DNA of 63,423 nucleotides, the filler included, from Reclinomonas americana ATCC 50394 (taxonomy: Eukaryota), in NCBI GenBank assembly GCA_048213135.1. It is 5 parts of 3 records of this genome, joined end to end, with 100 filler letters (N's around TTAATTAATTAA, not from the genome) between each part and the next. Parts side by side here need not be neighbours in the genome. Positions count along the whole stretch, not along the records: positions 21,877 to 44,227 come from PS015404.1; positions 44,328 to 54,906 come from PS015405.1; 3 more parts are not named here. The stretch is one strand, 5' to 3'. Under the pieces are notes generated by a model that was not told where the DNA came from, did not search any database, and was given only the letters and a program-made list of their open reading frames with translations. Shown piece after piece: positions 37,701 through 49,807 of this stretch. The translations under genes were made by a program, and so were the position numbers. How positions within the stretch are numbered: position 1 is the stretch's first letter; every line of letters starts with the position of its first letter.

Positions 37701-40185
37701 AGAGAATGGAGCAAGATGGCGAGGTTGAGGGGAAGGGAGTATGGGGTAAAGCAGCAAAAAAAGTGGAGTGGCAGAGGAAGGAGCAAAACGGTGAGGTGTT
37801 GCAGGTGTTAAGGGGGAAGGGAGTATGGGGGGAAGCAAGAAATGGAGCGACAGAGGAAGGAGCAAGACGCCGTGAATGATCGTTGTCCTGTTTCTTTCAT
37901 GCCTCAACTGACTCTTCGCGTGCCCTCACAGAGCGTGATCTTGCCAGTGGCGACGACGAGGCATTCCCTCCGGCACCGTCACAGTCAGCCGCTTCGTGGA
38001 TGGGCACGAGTGGAACCGTGCTGCTGCAGGTGCGTCTCTTTCTTTTCCTTCCTTTGCCCCTTGCTCTCGGCCTCACATTTGCGCACCAGGGACTTAACGC
38101 ACGCAACATTCTCGGTGGCGGCCGCGGTCGGTCACGAGGCGTGGTGGTGCCGCAAGTGGCCAAGGTCATGCGACGCCCAGGAGCTGCGACGGCGGCAGCT
38201 GCTTCCGCGGCATCGGCATCGACGCCGACGCCGGTAAGTCTGCCCACGATGTCTCTGTGTCGTAGAATCCTTGCTTATCTATCTCCCTCGCAGGACGACG
38301 CCACGGCCTCTCCCATTACACCGAGTGCTGCCGACGTCGAGGGTGGCGAGGGTAGTGCGAGCGACGTTGCGTACGCGAGCCAGTCTGCTCTTCTCTTTCC
38401 CCTTGTATCTAATCCTCCACACAGCTCTCGGCAACACCTTNNNNNNNNNNNNNNNNNNNNNNNNNNNNNNNNNNNNNNNNNNNNNNNNNNNNNNNNNNNN
38501 NNNNNNNNNNNNNNNNNNNNNNNNNNNNNNNNNNNNNNNNNNNNNNNNNNNNNNNNNNNNNNNNNNNNNNNNNNNNNNNNNNNNNNNNNNNNNNNNNNNN
38601 NNNNNNNNNNNNNNNNNNNNNNNNNNNNNNNNNNNNNNNNNNNNNNNNNNNNNNNNNNNNNNNNNNNNNNNNNNNNNNNNNNNNNNNNNNNNNNNNNNNN
38701 NNNNNNNNNNNNNNNNNNNNNNNNNNNNNNNNNNNNNNNNNNNNNNNNNNNNNNNNNNNNNNNNNNNNNNNNNNNNNNNNNNNNNNNNNNNNNNNNNNNN
38801 NNNNNNNNNNNNNNNNNNNNNNNNNNNNNNNNNNNNNNNNNNNNNNNNNNNNNNNNNNNNNNNNNNNNNNNNNNNNNNNNNNNNNNNNNNNNNNNNNNNN
38901 NNNNNNNNNNNNNNNNNNNNNNNNNNNNNNNNNNNNNNNNNNNNNNNNNNNNNNNNNNNNNNNNNNNNNNNNNNNNNNNNNNNNNNNNNNNNNNNNNNNN
39001 NNNNNNNNNNNNNNNNNNNNNNNNNNNNNNNNNNNNNNNNNNNNNNNNNNNNNNNNNNNNNNNNNNNNNNNNNNNNNNNNNNNNNNNNNNNNNNNNNNNN
39101 NNNNNNNNNNNNNNNNNNNNNNNNNNNNNNNNNNNNNNNNNNNNNNNNNNNNNNNNNNNNNNNNNNNNNNNNNNNNNNNNNNNNNNNNNNNNNNNNNNNN
39201 NNNNNNNNNNNNNNNNNNNNNNNNNNNNNNNNNNNNNNNNNNNNNNNNNNNNNNNNNNNNNNNNNNNNCAACTGGCTGCCATGGGTCGCGGTCACATGGC
39301 CGCATCCGCGGTGCCACCGTCGTCGCCCGCATCCACGGCGTCATCGGCGGCCGGCGGTGGCGGAGCTCCGCGTGTGCTGATGCGCATCAACGCCGCGCCG
39401 TACCACCCACCACCACAGCCACAGGGTGGACCGAATACTGCGGCTGCGACGGCACCGGCCGGTGCACCGATGCCTCCGCCGCAACAGCAACAACAGCAGC
39501 AGCATCAGCAGCAGCCGTACTATGGTCGTGGTGGTGGAGGTCGTGGTGGTCGAGGTGGAGGTGATCGTGGTGGTGGCGGTCGTGGTGGTGGAGAGGGTCG
39601 TGGTGGATATCGCGGTGGTGGTGGTGGTGGCCGGGGAGGACGGGGTGGTGATTATGGTCGTGGGGGTGGAGGGTGAGTTGAGGGGGATGGGAGGGGAAGG
39701 GAGGGTGAAGGGAGAAGGGAGGGAAGGGAGGGAAGGGGGAAGGGAGTGGGGGAGTGAGGGAGAGTGTGTGTTCGATGTGCTTGTTTGTGTGTGGTGAGAA
39801 AGAAGAAATTGGTGAAGGAGAGAGAGTGTTCGTTCCTTTGGCTGTTTGTGTTGGTTTGCTTTCGTGTGTTTTAGAGAGAGAAGAGGAGAAAGAGAGACGG
39901 AGAGAGAGTGATCGAGAGAAAACCGAAGAGAGGGTGAGTTGTTCTCTATTATTTTCCTTGTTTGCTTACTTATGTGTTTGAGAGGGGATGGTGGTGAGTG
40001 CGTATTCCTTTGTTCACTGGTGTCAGTGAGTGGCAAAGTGAGAAGACGAGAAGGATAGATGTTGTTGTATGCTGTTTGCATGTTTGCTTAGGGTTGCCTA
40101 TTTGTGTGGCATATGGCAGAGGAGAGATGAGCGAAAGATGGGAGTTGTCTTGTGTCCAATTGCTTGTGTTTGTGTGTTTGTGTGC

Positions 40186-40224
<39 letters not shown>

Positions 40225-40434
40225 AGAGAGAGAGAGACGACAAAGAAAGAAAGAAGACGTGGACAGAGTCTGGTTCTCTGTTTGGTTTGTGGTACCCGTT
40301 TAGCGTGTGATGCGTGTGTTGCTGTGAGTGGTGGTCTCTCTCTCTCTCTGTATTTGTGCGTGTATGTAAGCTGTGTGCGAATGTATCTCTGTCTTTGTTT
40401 CTCTGTGTGCTCACTGTTCCTTCGCAGTCGTTGA
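27291..40434 (+). CDS. UPF2: Nonsense-mediated decay factor UPF2 (MIF4G domains, acidic region, RGG tail), multi-exon with gaps
   Basis: MSAAAG...|KDELRLQLRDRNQRAASLRP|...IKKNSAFVRKLRTIT...LNLTRYISEAV, PFEDYDTRVFYE, LELLPYYARMVATL, NIRFMCELVKF, HHNIDVTCALLDCAGRFL, KLLGELYNY, DPPE|DTFRIRMVCALLDT and PLPVDVE. The final exon is 40428-40434. Confidence 0.95.
28645..29650. repeat. Intronic tandem repeat, ~200-250-nt unit x4-5, diverging
   Basis: CACACTCTGCTGCTTGCC...AACGCATCAA...CGATATCTC..GCGCACT...ACACATGCCTCTGTGGTCCTGCGAGAG is repeated within a UPF2 intron. Confidence 0.88.
30430..31180 (+). repeat. (TCTCGYC)n heptamer minisatellite spanning a gap
   Basis: TCTCGTC/TCTCGCC arrays on both sides of the N gap. 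Confidence 0.9.
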
Positions 40435-40848
40435 CCCGGAGCCGATTGTTGTTGATGCGAAACGAAAGTGCGACACAATGCTGCGTACACGACAAGATAC
40501 GCCAGCAGTCGCACCTGACGGCTTGCAATTGTGCGCATGCGAGCGTGTGAGGTCCACACTTGGTGCCGCGGCGCACGCGGCGAGCGAGCCAATGATAATG
40601 AATACCAAGGTGGCTCAGCGATTCGATCGAGAAGGAGGCATTCTTGGAGCAGGAAAAGTGATCAACCGCGAGAGACGGAGCACGATCGACAGACCGACTG
40701 TGGGTGAAGAAGAGGGGAGGCTGATCATCTGCGAGCGATGTCGAATGGGGGCAGAGCGAATACCACCAGCGACTCAGCAGAAAACAGCTGCAGTGATGAT
40801 GCACAATTACTTGCGTCGACGATACACTCTGCCAACTCCTCCGCCTGC

Positions 40849-43145
40849 TCACGTGGTGGTCAATCCGCGGGACTCCACCAACTTGAGGGCGTGCGATCGC
40901 ACTTCTCTGTCCATGACCTCGAAGATTTGCTTGCAGCCTTCTTCGGCGAGTTCCAGCACGGATTCCACGAGGTCCAGGGACATCTGCGCGGAGGGGGAAG
41001 GGAGAGGGAGGGGAAGGAGGTAAGGGAAGAGCGAGCAAAGAAATGAGAGAGAAAACGTCGAGAGGGACATAGCATGTGACAACGAGGGTGAAGAGAGGAG
41101 GTTGTGATAGTGAGGTGCTTTAGTGATGCTGCAGGAGCAGGCACGCGCGAGGGTGTCAATGAGTGCGATGAATGAAAAGAAACCCAGAAAGACGTGTTCC
41201 AGCGACGCGGTATTATCAACATAGAGGAAGAACTTCGAGAGGGACAGAGAGTACGAATAACTAACAGAAGAAAGAGAGACAGTCAACAAAGGAGGTAGTG
41301 CTGATGCCAGCGAAGAAGAAACGAAACGAAAGGAGAGACACGGGCGACAGGAGAGACAAAAGACGGCGTTCGGACACAAGAGGGTACAACAGCAAGAGGG
41401 AAACCGCGCGAGATCGAAAGATGAGAGAGAGAGAAGACTGAGGGAGAGAGAGAGAGAAGAGTGAGCGGGGAGAGAGAGAAGAGTGGAGGGGGAGAGAGAA
41501 GAGTGGAGGGGGAGAGAGTGAAGAGTGAGGGAGAGAGAAATGTGAGTGAGGGAGAAAGAGAGAGAGAAGTGAGTGAGGGAGAAAGAGAGAGAAAGTGAGG
41601 GCGAGAGAGAAAAAAGCGAGTGAGAGACAGAAGAGAGAGAGAGAGAGTGAGGAAACGATGCGGTGCATCGCGTTGAGAGCGTGACTGCGGCGTGGATAGC
41701 AAACAAGAGAGAAAAATGACAAATGCAATTCAGCAGACAGAAACCAAGAGGCACAGAGAGATAATCTCCATGAACAACAACAAACCTTGTTGTCCATCTG
41801 CACGGCAGAGAATTTGGACTTGCGCGGCAAGTACGCCACAAACAAGTCGGGACCGCCAGCCATGTCCTCCAGGTGATTGAGATCTGCACCAACGCGTCAC
41901 ACACCTGTCGACAACTTCGATAGCACAATCTCACTCACCAACAAGCGGCGTTCCGTCCAGTGCACCCGCCGAGCACGCCACCACGTAGTCCTTCATCGGC
42001 ACGCCAGCATCGATCAGTGCCAGCGTGGCGGCATTGAAGCACGCCGATCGCACGCCTGTCGACACAAACTGAGTGAGCAATCACTCTCATTATCTCTCTT
42101 CCCCTCCCTCACGCACCTCCATCCGCCTGCAACACCTGCACAAAAATGTTGATCTCCGAGCGCGGGAAGTGGTGCGTCAGAATCACACTCTCAAACGTCT
42201 GCCGCATGCTGGCGGCCAGCTCGGTGCCTCGTCGATCCGACTTGCCGGCGCCACCGCCGCCGGCACGCTTCGATCGTCGCTTGCGCTCGCCGACGGAGAA
42301 GCTCGCACTGCCGTACTCGCATTGCACGAGGGCGCGGTCGTGGAGGGCTTTGGAGCGGCGGGTGGCCTACAGAAGGGGAAGGGTGGGGAGGGGGAAGGGG
42401 GTGAGGGGGAAGGGAGATAGAGGGAAGGGAGAGAAACTGAGTTAACGTGATAGATGGAGAATACAAGCAGATGCTGAGAAGCGAACATCGATTCAAGCAT
42501 GTGTGCTACAGTGAGAGTGAGACAGTGCGTGACTTCAATCAAGCAAAGGAGCGAGCGAGATGATGACTGGGCGAGGAAGCGTGCATCTCAGCACCAGCCA
42601 CAGTAAGCAGAAGTGTGCAGGCCATTCACAATCGGCGTCACTCACTGAAGTATATACAAGCAATCGAATGCGAGGAAGGAGAGGGGAATGCAGTGACAGG
42701 GCAAGGGGGTGACAGGAACAAGGGGGTACATACAAGAAAGGGGACAGTGAACGAGTGAGTGCGTGCCGAAGTGAATGACTCGACAGCGAGCAAGAGCATG
42801 AAAGAGATTTGGCTTGAAGCGCATGTTATTGCGGGCGGAGGAGCGTGCAAATCAGCATGCGAGCGCAATCAGAACAAGTGTCTTCCCCTTGAGCATGCAC
42901 GTGTGCACTGAAGCGAGCGTGCATGCGTGTGGAAGACTGTGCACGCGGAAGAGCTGCCCCTTCACAAACCACGCACCTCACGCGGTCCATACACCGAGGC
43001 CAGCACTTTCGAGTTTCCCAGCGCGAAATACGCCGAGCCGTCGGCGTGTGAAAAGATGCCGAGGCGACACTCGATTTTGCGCACTTCGCGAGGCCGGCGG
43101 CCGTCGACGCGGAGGCCTTCGGGGGAGACGAATTCGAGGCGAGAC
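40849..43145 (-). CDS. RRP41: Exosome RNase PH-like subunit RRP41/EXOSC4 (start exon upstream, unresolved)
   Basis: SRLEFVSPEGLRVDGRRPREVR...ADGSAYFALGNSKVLASVYGPRE, FPRSEINIFVQVLQADGG, SACFNAATLALIDAGVPMKDYVVACSAG, DLNHLED, QMDNK|MSLDLVESVLELAEEGC. Confidence 0.96.
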
Positions 43146-43259
43146 TGTGGAGAGGGAAAGGGGGAGAGAGAGAAAAGGGAGAAGAGTGAGCAAGGGGAGG
43201 GAATGGGAGAGTGAAGGGCATTGAGGGTTGAGTGAGTGAGAAAGAGAGAGGTGAAGAAG

Positions 43260-44070
43260 AAGGGAGAGAATGAGCGCAAGAGAAACGGAACAGAGGATTG
43301 AGTACGTGAGAAATGAGTGGATGACTGTGTGTGTAAGAGAGAAAGAGAGAGAGAGGGGGGAGGTGAAAGAAAAAGGAAGGAAAGAGAGTGGTGAGGAGAG
43401 AAACGAGAGAATGAGCGCAAGAGGAAGGAAACAGAGGACGGAGTTGGTGAGGGCATGAGAGACTGCAATGATATGAGGGGATGAATGTGTGTGTAAGAGG
43501 GAGAGAGAGAGCGAGAGAGAGAAGGATACAGAGACAGCGTGAGAAACGGAAGGAAAGAGAGAAACGAGAGAATGAGCGCAAGAGAAAGGGAACAGAGGAT
43601 GGAGTAGGTGAGAGCGTGAGAGACAGCAATTAATAATGAGGGGATGACTGTGCGTGTACGAGAGAGAGAGAGAGAGAAAGCGGAAGTAAAGAGAGTGGCG
43701 AAGAGAGAAACGAGAGAACGAGAGTCAGAGGAAGGAAACAGAGGACGGAGTAGGTGAGGGCGTGAGAGACTGCAATGAGAAATGAGGGGATGACTGTGTG
43801 TGTAAGAGGGAAAGAGAGAGAAGGATACAGAGACAGCGTGAGAAACGGAAGGAAAGAGAGAAACGAGAGAATGAGCGCAAGAGAAAGGGAACAGAGGATG
43901 GAGTAGGTGAGGGCGTGAGAGACTGCGATGAGTAACGAGGGATGACTGTGCAAGACAGAGAGAGAGAAAGGAAGGAAAGAGAGTGAAACGAGAGAATGAG
44001 CGCAAGAGAAAGGGAACAGAGGATTGAGTAGGTGTGAGCGTGAGAGACTGCGATGAGTAACGAGGGATGA
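43260..44070. repeat. Intronic tandem repeat, ~120-170-nt unit x6
   Basis: GAGAATGAGCGCAAGAGAAAGGGAACAGAGGA...GTGAGAGACTGC is repeated. Confidence 0.88.
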
Positions 44071-44089
44071 CTGGGTGGGCGTGAAAGAC

Positions 44090-44128
<39 letters not shown>

Positions 44129-44227
44129 AAGTGTAGGATGAGCGCGAGTGTGTGTGTGTGTGTCGTGCACATGCATCGCCTGTGTGCCTGCAGACGTCCG
44201 TCTCTCGTCTCTTCTCTTCTCTCCTTC

Positions 44228-44327
44228 NNNNNNNNNNNNNNNNNNNNNNNNNNNNNNNNNNNNNNNNNNNNTTAATTAATTAANNNNNNNNNNNNNNNNN
44301 NNNNNNNNNNNNNNNNNNNNNNNNNNN
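44228..44327. other. Artificial assembly linker
   Basis: N44-TTAATTAATTAA-N44. Confidence 0.97.
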
Positions 44328-44364
<37 letters not shown>

Positions 44365-44572
44365 TCTCTCTCTCCAACACACAACATCTCGTCGTCGTCG
44401 ACTTAGTTCGTACACTACTACTATCGACACACTACTCTCCTCCTCTCTCTCTCACACACACACACTCTCCCTCCTCTCCTCCTCTCTCTCTCTCTCTCTC
44501 TCTCTCACCATGTTGCGTTCACACACGTCGATTGTCCTCTCTGTCCTCTCTCACACTCTCATTGTTGCAATC

Positions 44573-44864
44573 ATGGAGGAAAGCAAGAGCCATGCGCTGA
44601 ACAACATCAAGAACAAGCAGAGAAATTGCGTACCTTATTACTCACACACAGAGACACACACACACACGCGCGTGTTTTTGTGCGTGTTAGCGGGCATGTG
44701 CACATTCACATCACCGACTTTGTGACGACTTTTTTTCGTTGTTTTTTCTTTGGTTCTTGTGTGTGTGAGTGTGTAGGGGAGAGGGAGAGTGAGTGTGTGT
44801 TGTGCTGCGTTTTCTGATTTGTGCATTCCTTGAGTGTTCATTTGGCATCTCACTTGCTCTCTGT

Positions 44865-44952
<88 letters not shown>

Positions 44953-46891
44953 TAGTAGGTAGGTAGGTAGTAGTAGTNNNNNNNNNNNNNNNNNNNNTCT
45001 CTCTCTCTCTCTGCACTCTGCTCTCTGTCGTCTATCTGAGGTGGAGGAGAGAGAGAGAGAGAGAGAGAGCGTTGTGCTGCATTCTCTGTTTTGTGCATTC
45101 CTTGCCTTGATTGTTCATTTGGCATCTCTCCCCCTGCTCTCTCTCTCTCTGCTGTCTGCTCTCTGTCTCTCTGTGATGGAGATAGAAAGAGGGAGGGAGG
45201 GAGGGAGGGAGGGAGGGAGGGAGGGAGGGAGAGAGAGAGAGAGAGAGAGAGTGGCATGTTGTGCTGCATGCCTTGTGCTTCTCATTCCTTTGCTTTCTTG
45301 ATTGTTCATTTGGCATCTCACTTGCTCACTCTCTGCGCTCTGCTCTCTGTCTATCTGAGGTGGAGAGAGAGAGAGAGAGAGGGAGTGGTATGTTGAGCTG
45401 CATTCTCTGCTGTTGTGCATTCTCTTTGCGTCGCTCATGATAGATTTTCTGGACTTCAGTGCCCGCGTCTCTCTGCTTTCTGTCATCGCTGCACTGTCAC
45501 TGTCACTCTATTGTGCACCTTCACTTTCACACCTGCAATTGCTTCGTCTATGCCTCGTGCTCCATTGCTTGTTTGCAGCCTCTCCCTGTCTCGCTCATCA
45601 CGCACTCCTTACGGTCGCTGTCATAGCTCGCCTTGTGTCGTTGCTTTCCACCGGACTCTTCGTACAGTGCACTCATCACGTTTGCTGTTACGGCGCCTCC
45701 TGCAGCAAGTCGCTCTCTCTCTCTCTCTCTGTTGTTGTCTACGTCGTCGCACGCGTTGCAGTCGCAGTTCACCTTGCTCGACCTCGTTCTGTTCCTGCTA
45801 CTTTCCGCGTCTCTTCTGTCTGCGACTTCATTCCCCCTGTGCCGCTGCACACGTTGAAACGCTGTCGCAATTCACCCTGCTGTGCCGCCCTCCATCCCCT
45901 CCCTCGTCCACAGTTCCTTGAGTAACACTCCCTTCCCCCCTTCCCCGTCTTCCCCCTATTTCCCCTTCCCCTTCCCTCCCCACACGAGGCGAGCTCCTTG
46001 CCAAGCTGCAATCCGAAAAGAAGAAATCCAAGGCCAAGAAACGCCGCCAACGCCAGCGCCAAGAGGAACTCCTCGGCGACAAGGTATACCCCCTCCCTCC
46101 CTACCCCTTTCCCTTGGCATCCCCCTTACCCTCTCCTTCCCCACCAACAGGCCCCTCCCAAACCCACCCCACAAACCATCGAGATCCTGCGCGAGCCCGA
46201 CGAGACCGTGGTGCAGCCGAACGACGACGAGGTGAAAAAGGACGAGGCCGACGACGAGTACGCCGGCTTCTTCCGCGGCGAGGTACCGCCGCGCGTGCTC
46301 ATCACCACCTCGCCCGGTCGCCCGCGTCGCATGGTGATGACGTTTGTGAGGACGCTGATGGAGATCATTCCGCACTCGCGCTACGTCACGCGCCGCAAGT
46401 ACCAGATCAAGGAGATTTGCAAGTTTGCGTCGCAGAAAAAGTTTACGGATGTGATGATTTTGGACATGACGCGCGGCAAGATCACGTGCGGCCTGACGCT
46501 GATTCACTTGCCGGGCGGGCCGACGGCCACTTTCAAGCTGACGCGGCCGGTGATGCCGAGGAGCATTCGCGGCCACGGTAGCATGTCGAAGCACGAGCCG
46601 GAGATCATTCTCAACAATTTCACCACGCGACTCGGCCGGCGTGTGGCGCGCATGCTGGCCGGACTGTTCCCGCTGCGGCCGGCGTTTGAGGGGCGGCGCG
46701 TGGTGACGTTCCACAATCAGCGCGATTTCATCTTTTTCCGCCAGCATCGCTATCTGTTTGAGGAGGATCCGGAGAAGCAGCGCGTGCGCGTGCGGTTGCA
46801 GGAGTTGGGGCCGCGGTTCACCATCAAGTTGAGGTCGTTGCAGCATGGCACGTTTGATACGCAGTTTGGGGAGTATGAGTGGAAGCACAAG
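44573..46891 (+). CDS. RPF1: Brix-domain ribosome biogenesis factor RPF1 (short last exon not found, probably in gap 48703-49473)
   Basis: MEESKSHALNNIKNKQ..., ELLAKLQSEKKKSK...LGDK|APPKPTPQTIE...DEYAGFF...PRVLITTS, LIHLPGGPTATFKL, PEIILNNFTTRLGRRVARM, VVTFHNQRDFIFFRQHRY and LQELGPRFTIKLRSLQHGTFD. Confidence 0.95.
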
Positions 46892-47109
46892 GTTGGTAGG
46901 GAAAGGGGATTTTAGGGAAAGGGATGAAGGGGAAGGGGAAGGGAGGGAGGGGGGAAGGGGGAAGGGAGGTAAGATGGAGAGAAGGCGAAGGGCAGTGTTG
47001 AGAGACTAGGGATGAATCTCCAGGAGGGAGAGAGGATTGAGAGTGGTTGCTTTGGCGACAGAGAAAAGGGGTATTGAAAAGAGGCGTGCTGAGACAAGAA
47101 AAAGTTGGG

Positions 47110-47760
47110 AGAAGAGTTGCGTGAGCGAGAATGAGGGTGGTCAAAGGTGAGAGAGGGAGATAGAGAAGAGGTGAATGGAGAGAGATGAAGAACGGACTGA
47201 CAATATTGGTGAGGCGTGAAAATGGACGGAGACAAGGATGGAGAATGGTTGCGTGAGCGAGAATGAGGTTGGTCAAAGGTGAGAGAGATAGAAGGGATTG
47301 TTGGTGAGGCGTGAAAATGGACGGAGACAAGTGGAGAGTGGTTGCGTGAGCGAGAATGTGGTTGGATAGGGGTGAGAGAGGGAGAGAAGAGATTATTGGA
47401 GAGGCGTGAAAAATGGACGGTGACAAGGATGGTGACTGGTTGCGTGAGTGGGAATGAGGTTGGCCAAAGGTGATAGAGACAGAAGGGATTGTTGAAGAGA
47501 CGCGAGGAATGGAGGGAAACAAGGATGGAGACTGGTTGCGTGGGCGAGAATGGGGTTGGATAATTGTGAGAGAGGGTGATAGAGAAGGGGTGAATGGAGA
47601 GAGACGTTAAGAACGGACGCGACAGCGAGGGAGAGGGAGAGAGACAAGCGAGGGAGGTGGAAAAGGGTGAGGGAGGCGAGTGAAGGGGTTATTCTTGAGA
47701 AGCGTGAGGAATGGACCGAGACAGGAATGCGTTGGGAATGATTGCGTGAGCGAGAATGAA
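47110..47760. repeat. Intronic tandem repeat, ~100-nt unit x6
   Basis: GTTGCGTGAGCGAGAATG...GAGGCGTGAAAATGGACGGAGACAAG is repeated in the RPF1 intron. Confidence 0.85.
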
Positions 47761-48665
47761 AGTGGGAAGGGTTAGAGAGAAGGGACTATTGGAGAGGGAC
47801 GTGAGGAAAGGATGAAGCATGATTTGATGCGTGAGAAAGGTCTTGAAGAAAGGCGGGAAGTGAATGGAATAAGTGTGAGAGTTGTGAGAGAATACATTGA
47901 GAGACACGTGAAGATAGATCGGAGACAAGAAAAGGATCGAGAATGGTTGGGTTTGCGAGAAAGGGCTTGAAAAAATGTGAGAGAAGAGAAAAGGGATGAG
48001 AGAGACGTGAGACGAGAAATAGGATTGGAAATTAGTTGGGTGGGCTGGAAAAGCATGGGATGGAGTGGTGCATTTTCTGACTGTGTGCAACGGTGCAGAC
48101 ACACATGGATACGTCGAGGAGGCGATTCTTTTTGTGAGCGGTTGCGATGGGTGGAATGTATATGTCTGGTTGTAGAGGAACGGTGTTGTGACGGGAGGGA
48201 GTTCTTGGTGGCGTGGTGTGTGGAGAAAAGGAGGAGGGTCAAAGGAGGAGATGACGGCTATCTCTCTTGAAGATGTGCGTTCTGTGAGCGCAGACAGTAC
48301 GAGGTGGGAGAAGGAATGAGAGTCAAGCAACCTCAGAGTTTCTCCCTAAGTTTCTGGGTTTGTCAGCTGTTGGATTTGTGCGTCATTGCCAGTCGTCATA
48401 CACTTGACATCGCTCCGCAAGCGTCAAGGTGCGAGGCACCTCCTACTGATGTTGATGGACTCGTCCGCGTTGGCTGTGACCAATGATCTGTCAGATAGTT
48501 GGTTGGCAACACGCTCGAAGTCCATGCAAGAAACTCCCGCTTACGTTTTGTATGCATCTCCCGGCAATCGACGATGACCCAAGACGCGGACCAGCGCGAC
48601 GATGGATGGAAGACCCTTCCCATCCTCTCTTTCTCTCATCCTCTCTCTCTCTCTCTCTTTCTCTT

Positions 48666-48702
<37 letters not shown>

Positions 48703-49807
48703 NNNNNNNNNNNNNNNNNNNNNNNNNNNNNNNNNNNNNNNNNNNNNNNNNNNNNNNNNNNNNNNNNNNNNNNNNNNNNNNNNNNNNNNNNNNNNNNNNN
48801 NNNNNNNNNNNNNNNNNNNNNNNNNNNNNNNNNNNNNNNNNNNNNNNNNNNNNNNNNNNNNNNNNNNNNNNNNNNNNNNNNNNNNNNNNNNNNNNNNNNN
48901 NNNNNNNNNNNNNNNNNNNNNNNNNNNNNNNNNNNNNNNNNNNNNNNNNNNNNNNNNNNNNNNNNNNNNNNNNNNNNNNNNNNNNNNNNNNNNNNNNNNN
49001 NNNNNNNNNNNNNNNNNNNNNNNNNNNNNNNNNNNNNNNNNNNNNNNNNNNNNNNNNNNNNNNNNNNNNNNNNNNNNNNNNNNNNNNNNNNNNNNNNNNN
49101 NNNNNNNNNNNNNNNNNNNNNNNNNNNNNNNNNNNNNNNNNNNNNNNNNNNNNNNNNNNNNNNNNNNNNNNNNNNNNNNNNNNNNNNNNNNNNNNNNNNN
49201 NNNNNNNNNNNNNNNNNNNNNNNNNNNNNNNNNNNNNNNNNNNNNNNNNNNNNNNNNNNNNNNNNNNNNNNNNNNNNNNNNNNNNNNNNNNNNNNNNNNN
49301 NNNNNNNNNNNNNNNNNNNNNNNNNNNNNNNNNNNNNNNNNNNNNNNNNNNNNNNNNNNNNNNNNNNNNNNNNNNNNNNNNNNNNNNNNNNNNNNNNNNN
49401 NNNNNNNNNNNNNNNNNNNNNNNNNNNNNNNNNNNNNNNNNNNNNNNNNNNNNNNNNNNNNNNNNNNNNNNNNTTACGTTTTTAGTTAGTCGATACTCCC
49501 GGTCCCGAACTACGACGACGTAGACCAACGAACGACGGACCGACGACGCGACGACTGAGTGAGACTCCTCTCTCTCTTCTTCTCTCTCTCTCTCTCTCTC
49601 TCTTTCTCTTCCATTCTCTCTCTCTCTCTCTCACACACACTTCCTCTCTTCTCTCCCTCTCTCTCTCTATATCTCCGCCAGTAGCCTTCCGGATTCTCTT
49701 AGTTCCGCTGTTGACAACTATTGTTGAAGTACACTGAGAGCACGCAGGCCATAACAACTGCCTCGCTGCAATCTCATCATTAAATTCATGACTGAGCGGC
49801 GATCCCA

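Noticed and set aside
40373..41023. 216-aa + strand ORF between UPF2 and RRP41
   Set aside because: It overlaps the UPF2 terminal intron/exon and the antisense RRP41 last exon, has no recognisable motifs, and is probably convergent 3' UTR sequence.
42559..42650. ATGATGA...CTGA C/D-box-like pair
   Set aside because: It is antisense to the host RRP41 intron, with no terminal stem and no recognisable guide.
43145..44640. Head-to-head RRP41/RPF1 pair sharing a promoter
   Set aside because: An artificial linker (44228-44327) lies between them, so adjacency is unproven.
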